From Burkholderiales bacterium (GTDB lineage Bacteria; Pseudomonadota; Gammaproteobacteria; Burkholderiales; WYBJ01), in NCBI GenBank assembly GCA_050741055.1, contig JBOIEI010000774.1, forward strand, positions 1-28,295: a stretch of 28,295 bases of DNA, read 5' to 3'. The position numbers and the translations under genes were made by a program. How positions within the stretch are numbered: the first letter of the stretch is position 1; the number at the start of each line of letters is the position of its first letter. Of this stretch, positions 7,750 to 14,313 are shown in pieces. The notes beneath the pieces are model-generated. The model had not been told where the DNA came from. It did not search any database and saw only the letters and a program-made list of their open reading frames with translations.

Positions 7750-10665
7750 TTAAACGCGGATCAGCTCGGAAGCGTGAATCGCTACGCGCACCGGCAGCTG
7801 GCGAAGAATTCGGGCCATGTGCGCAGCGTTGAATCCCCAGACGGTGCCGGCAGGCAACGCGTGTCCGGCAGGCGCTGCGGCGAGCGGCACGTGGGTCGCT
7901 TCGCCGAAATCGATCCCGACATCGAAACCGAAGCGCGGCTCGGTCGGCTGCTGCTGGATGACGAAGTACCAGCCGGGATCGCCGGTGGCCAGGGCGGGAT
8001 CGAGATCGAAGCCGAAGAAGGTGACGTCGGGCTGCAGCGAGCCGCGGAAAAGCGGATGCACCTCGTCACCTTGCGCACCGGGCTTGCGGCCACTGCCTTC
8101 CTTCACCGCGGGCACTGCATACACGCTCGCGCCCGGGTAACGGCGAAACAGGCTGCTGCGAACGAGCAGCACCGTCTGCCTCGAAGGCTGCTGCGCCGTC
8201 CGGTTCTCGCCCAGGCGACGGTCGGCCCACTCGGAAAGCGCTGCGATGTCGGCGGCGCTTGCCGGATCGAGCGTGCGCCAGAAACGGTGGAAGAACGTCG
8301 CGCGCGGATCGTTCACGACGAAGTCGCGCCACAACAGCTCGCGCGCCATTTCCACGTTGAGCCCCAGCATGAAGGCTTCGATGAAGCGCTGGTTGGGCGT
8401 GAGCAGCGCCACGCTGTCGACCGGCACGCGCTCCAAACCCGGCAGCAGCCAATCCTGCGACAGCGCGGCGAGCGGTTCGGACATGGGCTGCGAAAACACC
8501 GGTGCGCTCCCGACCGGACCGACCGCGGGTGGCGTTATCCCGCCGGCGATGCGAATCGTGGCCGCCATGCGCAAGCGCATGACTGGCGCCGGATCGAGCA
8601 GCGCGCGGATCTGCGGCCGCACCGTCGCGACGTCCAGAACGGCGCGCTTGATCGGCGTGACGAAGATCAAAGGCTGCTTCGGATTCACGACCGCGAGATG
8701 GCTCGCGGCCGCGGCGCGAAACGCCTTGGCATCGGCGTTGTCGACCGGTCGCGGGCGTGGCGGAATCGGATCGGGCGGTTCCGGCTCGGGCACATCCGGA
8801 AGATCGGGAATCTCGCCGTCGCCGGGCCGCCGGCGCGCACGCGCGGGCTGCAATACTGTTGCGTCGAGCACGCCGCCGTGCACCGTGCCGCGCACTTCGC
8901 CGATCGTCGGCGCGGGCTCGGGCGTGATCACGAAGTCGGGGCGCCTGGGCGCCGATAGCACGCCGTCATCGGTGGCCCGGGCATAGGTCATCGCGGCGAA
9001 TTGCGTCCCCAGCCGCCGCGTGACCGCATCGAAGGTGACCAGCCCGCGCGTCGGTGGCAAGGTGAAGGTCATGATCGAGGGCGTCGCGCCGTACAGGTGG
9101 AACAGCGTCGAGATGCCGCTCATGACGGTGGTCGTCGGCGCCGCGGCGCCGGCCAGGCGCACGGCGGTCGCTGCACGCCGGCTGATGGCGCCGCGCGGAC
9201 GCGACAGCCGGCGCATCGGCGCCGCGGTGACCGCTTGCGGCGTGGACGACGCGGCCAGCATCGTTCGCATCGTGGTGGCTGCGCCAGTGCTTGCGCGGGA
9301 GATGACGAGGCGCGCCTGGGCGGGCGATGCGAAGCGCCACAGCCGGTCGTCGTCGTTCATGCGGATGACATGGCGTGCGTGCAGCCGGCCGCCGATCGCG
9401 AGGCTCAGCTGCATCTGGCGCAGGCGCTGGTTGGCCTGCGCCATCTCGCCGGCCTGCTCCCAAGCCTCGGCCATCAGGGCTTCCTGCTGATCCTGGATCA
9501 CGCGCGTGCCGAGTGCGGCCACGACGCGCTCGCGCGGGTCGAGATTGAGATCGTCCAGCCAGCTTCGTGTGGCCACCGTGCCGAGTTCATGCCGGTTCGC
9601 GAGCCAGCGGCCGTAGATCGGCGGCCCGAGCACGGGCTCGGCGTCCGCAGCGGCGGCGTTTGCGTTGGCCGCGTTGAGTATGAATTGCAGCGATTGCTGC
9701 CAGGGCTTGGTCGCTTCGTCGGGGAAGGGCGCACGCGCAATGCCGACCGGTTGCAATGCGCCTTCGAGCAGGATCGTGGACGTGATGGTCGGCGGGACGG
9801 AGAAGCCCGGTGCGCCGATGTCCATCGGACGCTGCCCCACCGCATCGGTCAGATCGCGCGGCGCGAGGCGTGCGACGATCGACTCGAAATCCTCCCGCGC
9901 TGCAGTCCGGAACTCCCAATGGAAATACACCGGCAGCGCGATCGTTCCGGGCGCTTCTGCGCCGCTCGTCCATGCGGGCGCAAGCGCCGCGTCGGCATCG
10001 ATGTCCTCGCCGAGACCCGCACGCCGTCCCGCTTCGAACGCCGGCACCACGCACGCGATGTAGTCGGTGAACGGGGCAAGCAGGCGCGGCGACAACAGGC
10101 GCGATACCGTGAGCTCGGGGCGCGATGCGAGAAGGCTGCGGAGTGTTTCCTCGGCGGCGTTCTCGTGCGTGCCGATCTGCCCGTGCGTCCAGGCCCAGGA
10201 CTGCGCGAGATCGGGAAGCTCCGCGGCCGGCAATGCAGGTGGGCCGATCTCGAGCACCGGCAACGGTTCCGTGCGCGGCGGCCGCACGCGGACGCCTTCC
10301 TGCTTGCGCACGACCGCCAGCACCAGCCACGGTCGCAAGCGGCCCTGCGCATCGGCGGCAGCCGGAGTGAAGAGCCACGGCAGATCCGGGTTGTCGAACT
10401 CGACCGCGGCGAGGTCGTTCGATTCGTAGTCCGTGGTTCCGGCAGGCGGCTCGGTTCGCACCACCTGGCGCGGATCGATGCCGATCACGTCGGCGGGGCC
10501 GAACAGTCGCACGTTGACTGGCGGGATATCGACGCCGTTCAGCGCAAGCGTAACGCCGAGCGGCGCCTGCGCCGGCAGCGCGGTCGTCAACGGGTCCGGG
10601 GTCGCGATACGCGCCGCCAGGCCTTGCCGCACCCAGGGCAGAAAGACGACGCTTGCGCCGCTCAT
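7750..10665 (-). CDS. Hypothetical protein, 971 aa; third gene of the operon
   Basis: ATGA overlap with the upstream stop (10662-10665) and a GGAGG RBS. Motif-like blocks FLPWVRQGL, PDLPWLFTP, LRPWLVL, LPVYFHWEFRT, WLDDLNLDPR, GLNVEMARELLWR, GWYFVIQQQPTEPRFG. Confidence 0.9.
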   Translation of the reverse strand: MSGASVVFLPWVRQGLAARIATPDPLTTALPAQAPLGVTLALNGVDIPPVNVRLFGPADVIGIDPRQVVRTEPPAGTTDYESNDLAAVEFDNPDLPWLFTPAAADAQGRLRPWLVLAVVRKQEGVRVRPPRTEPLPVLEIGPPALPAAELPDLAQSWAWTHGQIGTHENAAEETLRSLLASRPELTVSRLLSPRLLAPFTDYIACVVPAFEAGRRAGLGEDIDADAALAPAWTSGAEAPGTIALPVYFHWEFRTAAREDFESIVARLAPRDLTDAVGQRPMDIGAPGFSVPPTITSTILLEGALQPVGIARAPFPDEATKPWQQSLQFILNAANANAAAADAEPVLGPPIYGRWLANRHELGTVATRSWLDDLNLDPRERVVAALGTRVIQDQQEALMAEAWEQAGEMAQANQRLRQMQLSLAIGGRLHARHVIRMNDDDRLWRFASPAQARLVISRASTGAATTMRTMLAASSTPQAVTAAPMRRLSRPRGAISRRAATAVRLAGAAAPTTTVMSGISTLFHLYGATPSIMTFTLPPTRGLVTFDAVTRRLGTQFAAMTYARATDDGVLSAPRRPDFVITPEPAPTIGEVRGTVHGGVLDATVLQPARARRRPGDGEIPDLPDVPEPEPPDPIPPRPRPVDNADAKAFRAAAASHLAVVNPKQPLIFVTPIKRAVLDVATVRPQIRALLDPAPVMRLRMAATIRIAGGITPPAVGPVGSAPVFSQPMSEPLAALSQDWLLPGLERVPVDSVALLTPNQRFIEAFMLGLNVEMARELLWRDFVVNDPRATFFHRFWRTLDPASAADIAALSEWADRRLGENRTAQQPSRQTVLLVRSSLFRRYPGASVYAVPAVKEGSGRKPGAQGDEVHPLFRGSLQPDVTFFGFDLDPALATGDPGWYFVIQQQPTEPRFGFDVGIDFGEATHVPLAAAPAGHALPAGTVWGFNAAHMARILRQLPVRVAIHASELIRV

Positions 10666-13600
10666 GGCGCTTCCTCCGTGAGCGCGAGCTCGAACTCTCG
10701 CACGACCATGCGGCTTCGATTCGATGCTGTCTTGGCGAGCGCTTCGGCGAAAGTCACATCGGGCCGAGCATCGGGCAATTGCGCGAGATCCGCGCCCACC
10801 GCCGACCAGCGCGCCGGCTGCACCTGCGCGAACGGCTTGGCGGGGATGCGCCGCTCGCGGCGAAGGGGGCTCCTGGCCACAGCACCGTGGCGCGCATGCA
10901 GCTCGAGCAGCGCTTCGCTCAGCCGGTAGTCGCGCGTCGGCGGCGGAGGCGGCACGGCGGCCTTGCGATCGATGATGCGCGTCTCGTATTCGAGCGGCGA
11001 CTCGATGCGCTGGGCATAGGCAAAGGCGTGTTCCGATGCGCCGATGCGCAATCCGGCTTGCATCGGTTCGAACGACGGGCTTGCGAGCTTGGCATCATCG
11101 CTCATCTCGAAGAATTGCGCCGGCGCGAAATCGTCGCTGACCGGGCTCGACGCCTCTTCCCCCGTTCCGACTGCGACCCGAGTCAAGCGGAAGCGCCGCG
11201 CGCCGGCGACCGGCGCGTCGCCGAACTTGTCGATATCGCGCTCGAGATTCAATGGCACGACGCCCTGGCGCACCGCGAGCGTGCCCAGCGGATGCACGCG
11301 CAGCGCCTCGTCGGCCGCGCCTTCGCGCAGCGAGACGATGCGGGTCTGTCCCGGCGGCAGCTCGGCGTTCCAGCTCCTGGGGTCGGCGAGCGCGGCCCGC
11401 AACGGCAGCGAGGCATCCACGGCAACGGCCACCGGCGGCGCCGCACCGCCCACGAGCGTTACGTTGACGCGGATGGAGACGTCCCACCAGAAGATCTCGA
11501 AGCTGCACTTCGCGCGCACCGACAGCGGCAGCGGCCCTTCGAGCGCGCCTTCGACCTTGACCTTGAAGAGGTTGCGCGAGCCCTTGCGCAGCTGCATGGC
11601 CGCGAAGAACTCGGCCAGGAAGTGGAACGGCAGAAGCTGGATCAGGACATCGAAGCCCGCGTCGCCGGTGACGTTGAAGCCGTAGGCTGCGGCGTACAGA
11701 TGGGCGCGGGCGCCGAACTGCACCGTGTTCGAAGTGAGCGCGAAGTACGCCTCGCACGTGAGCCGCGGATTGTCGCCCGTGGTGAGACTGACCGCGATGC
11801 GCTCCAGCGCCGGAAAGCCGGCGGGCGGCGTGAACGCCTGGTGCATGCCGCCCACGGCGAGGGCGAAGCTGCGAGGCGAGCTCCAGCGCGCGCGCAGCGC
11901 GCCCGCACCGGTCAGCGGAAAGCGGTGCAGCAGCCGCGAATCGACCAACAGGGCATCGACCTCCACCGTGTTCTGGTTCAGATCGATGATGCCGACGGCG
12001 TCGAGGTTGAGCCGCAGCAGGTCGTTGTCCATGCGCGGCAGGATCGAGGTCATGCGCCCGAGCGCGACGAATCGAGTCCGCGCCCCGAGCTCGACGATGA
12101 GCCCCAGGTTCACCTCGATCAGTGTCGGCACACCCCACTGCAGCTGCACCATGACGCCCAGCAGGTAGCTGCCCTGCCGCGGCGGAAAGACGCGTTCGAG
12201 GGCCGCGATGATGGTGGGGGCGTTGCGCACCGGATCCTTGGGGAACAGGATCGATTCCAGGGTGTGGTTCTTGAGGCCCAGCCGTACCGCGTTCTCGTCC
12301 ACCGTGCGATGGATCGCGATCAAGCCGCCGATGCCGGTGAGGCGCCAGCCGAGCGGCAGCTGCAGCAGCGCGCCGCCGGGGGTTGCCGTCTGCCCGGTGA
12401 TCAGGATGAGCAGCGAATAGCCCTTGCGGCCGTCGGGGAGCCGCGTCGAGAGCAAGCCGATGGCCTTGAGCGCGATCACGCCGGAGAGGCTCAGCTCCAT
12501 GACGCCGGCGTATTGCGCCTTGGCGGCATCGCGGAACAGGAACCCGCCGCCTTTGACGCTCTTGGCGTCGACCGCGAGCCCGATGCCTGCCGGCGGTACG
12601 AAGCCGACATCGAGGTTGGCGAAATGCAGGTTGGCTTGCGAGCGGTCGTCGGGAAAATCGAGCGCGAGCTTCAGACCAATGAGGTCCACGGTGGCGAGCA
12701 CTGGCCCGATCTTGGCGCTGAACGATACGGCCGCCTGGATGAGCGTCTTCGGCGAATCGCCGCTCGTGTCCCGATCGAGATGGATGAGCGCCCGGTGCAG
12801 GCGTACGGGGCCGATGCTCTTGCCGATCGGAATCTGAATCGGAATGCCGGAGCCTTTGACGCCGGTGGAGGTGACGGGCAGATCGGGCGGCTTGATCGCC
12901 GGCGTATCGGTCGCGGCTCCTGCCGTCGAGCCCGGCGTGCTCGCCTCGGGCGTGGCGCCTGCGGCCGACGGCGTCGACAGATCGCCGGTGAGGAAGAAAC
13001 CGTCCCGGGTGGAGATGCCGGTGCCGAAGCTGAACTCGACGCTCGTCTGCGTCTTCGGCAACAGCGACCCGATGAAGTCGTCGAACGAGCTGCCGTCGAG
13101 CGCAAGCCGGCAGTCGTAGAAGGAGAGCTGCGCGCGCGCCGATTCCCGGTCGAGCACGCCCGACAAAGCGATGCGGCCGATGTCGAGCCCGTTGTCGCCG
13201 CCCAGCGAGAGCCGGAAGCGCCGCTCACCCGCGGGCATGGGCTTGGAGGCGATCGCGAGATCGGCATGCAACTCGCCTTCACCCAGCACGCCCTCGAAGT
13301 CGAGACCGTCGCCGCTCAGCAGCACGCTGAACGGCGCATCGAAACGCACGTCGGCCTGTGCCGACCACGCGCTTTGCGCCGGGTCGACGAAGAAGCGGAA
13401 CGCGCTGCCGGCGAGCGCCACGAACAGGCCCGGTCCGCCATGGGCTCGCGGCACCCAGGCAGCCGAGAAGCGCAATGCGCCTTCGATGTCGATGCCGCCC
13501 TCGAACGATTCGGGCGGCTTGCGCACCTGCACCGAGAGCATGCGCTCGGACAGAGCATCGGCGGCCGGATTCGCAGCCGCGAGCTCGGTCAGCGCGCTGG

Positions 13601-14306
13601 CCGGCTCGTCCCAGCCGTAGAACATGCGCAACCAATGCTCGTCCTCGGGCGTCGCGTCGAGCCCGATCTCGCGCGCCGAGGCGCCGATGAACGCGAATAT
13701 CGCAGCGAGATGCAGCAGGGTCTCATCGGAGAGCTTGCGTGCGTCCTCCTCGGTCTCCAGCGGGTGCTCGGCGATAGCAGCGATGGGTGCGAGGGCGAAT
13801 TTGAGCAGCGCCTTGAGCGAGCCGTAGAAGCGCTGGCTTGCGGTGCCGTGCGGACCGTAGAGCGTCATCGGCTCGGTGCTGAAGCGCACCATCTCCATCA
13901 CGACGAACAGGTGGAACCAGCGCTCGCGCACGTAGTTGCTGGCGAGGAGATCGATCGCCGACTGGACGAATTCTTCGGTGGCAGGCTCTCCGCCAAGCTC
14001 GACGGCATCCTTGATCGCTCGCACGCACTCGATCAGCTTGACGAAATCGCGGATGCCGCCGATCCATGACTCGATGTCCGGGCGCGGCGCGTCGATGAAC
14101 GACTTGAGCTGAGTGAGGCTGAGGTCGGTCGGGAATTTCGGCGTTTGCTTCAGTGTTCCGCCGAGATCGTCCACCAGCGCCTTCAACGCGCGCTTCTGCG
14201 CATCGAACACCAGTTTCTCGAACGACCATTCGATGAAGTCGTTCAAGCCGGCGCCGATCTTTTGCAGCAGCGTCTTGTCTTCCTTCTTGTCGCTCGCTTC
14301 GGCCAT
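10662..14306 (-). CDS. DUF6603-like large beta-rich protein, ~1214 aa; second gene of the operon
   Basis: True start is probably the ATG at 14306 (MAEASDKK...), with a TAAGGA RBS overlapping the upstream stop. The first 104 aa of the ORF-track entry overlap the PhoD-like gene. The C-terminal half has motifs I recognise as DUF6603-type (PPAGIGL, GGGFL, YAGVMEL, GIGGLIAIHR, AVGGMH, YFALTSNTVQFG, GFDVLIQ..PFHF, VHPLG.L.VRQ..VPL, FAPAQFF). The family call is by recollection only. Confidence 0.8.
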   Translation of the reverse strand: MAEASDKKEDKTLLQKIGAGLNDFIEWSFEKLVFDAQKRALKALVDDLGGTLKQTPKFPTDLSLTQLKSFIDAPRPDIESWIGGIRDFVKLIECVRAIKDAVELGGEPATEEFVQSAIDLLASNYVRERWFHLFVVMEMVRFSTEPMTLYGPHGTASQRFYGSLKALLKFALAPIAAIAEHPLETEEDARKLSDETLLHLAAIFAFIGASAREIGLDATPEDEHWLRMFYGWDEPASALTELAAANPAADALSERMLSVQVRKPPESFEGGIDIEGALRFSAAWVPRAHGGPGLFVALAGSAFRFFVDPAQSAWSAQADVRFDAPFSVLLSGDGLDFEGVLGEGELHADLAIASKPMPAGERRFRLSLGGDNGLDIGRIALSGVLDRESARAQLSFYDCRLALDGSSFDDFIGSLLPKTQTSVEFSFGTGISTRDGFFLTGDLSTPSAAGATPEASTPGSTAGAATDTPAIKPPDLPVTSTGVKGSGIPIQIPIGKSIGPVRLHRALIHLDRDTSGDSPKTLIQAAVSFSAKIGPVLATVDLIGLKLALDFPDDRSQANLHFANLDVGFVPPAGIGLAVDAKSVKGGGFLFRDAAKAQYAGVMELSLSGVIALKAIGLLSTRLPDGRKGYSLLILITGQTATPGGALLQLPLGWRLTGIGGLIAIHRTVDENAVRLGLKNHTLESILFPKDPVRNAPTIIAALERVFPPRQGSYLLGVMVQLQWGVPTLIEVNLGLIVELGARTRFVALGRMTSILPRMDNDLLRLNLDAVGIIDLNQNTVEVDALLVDSRLLHRFPLTGAGALRARWSSPRSFALAVGGMHQAFTPPAGFPALERIAVSLTTGDNPRLTCEAYFALTSNTVQFGARAHLYAAAYGFNVTGDAGFDVLIQLLPFHFLAEFFAAMQLRKGSRNLFKVKVEGALEGPLPLSVRAKCSFEIFWWDVSIRVNVTLVGGAAPPVAVAVDASLPLRAALADPRSWNAELPPGQTRIVSLREGAADEALRVHPLGTLAVRQGVVPLNLERDIDKFGDAPVAGARRFRLTRVAVGTGEEASSPVSDDFAPAQFFEMSDDAKLASPSFEPMQAGLRIGASEHAFAYAQRIESPLEYETRIIDRKAAVPPPPPTRDYRLSEALLELHARHGAVARSPLRRERRIPAKPFAQVQPARWSAVGADLAQLPDARPDVTFAEALAKTASNRSRMVVREFELALTEEAP

Positions 14307-14313
14307 GGAATCC

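Noticed and set aside
10653..14069. 1138-aa plus-strand ORF, and other long antisense ORFs such as 1902-4229, 4359-6515, 9001-10929 and 15499-17397
   Set aside because: They lie antisense to well-supported genes, are Arg/Ala/Gly-rich and show no motifs. Such shadow ORFs are expected from high-GC codon bias.
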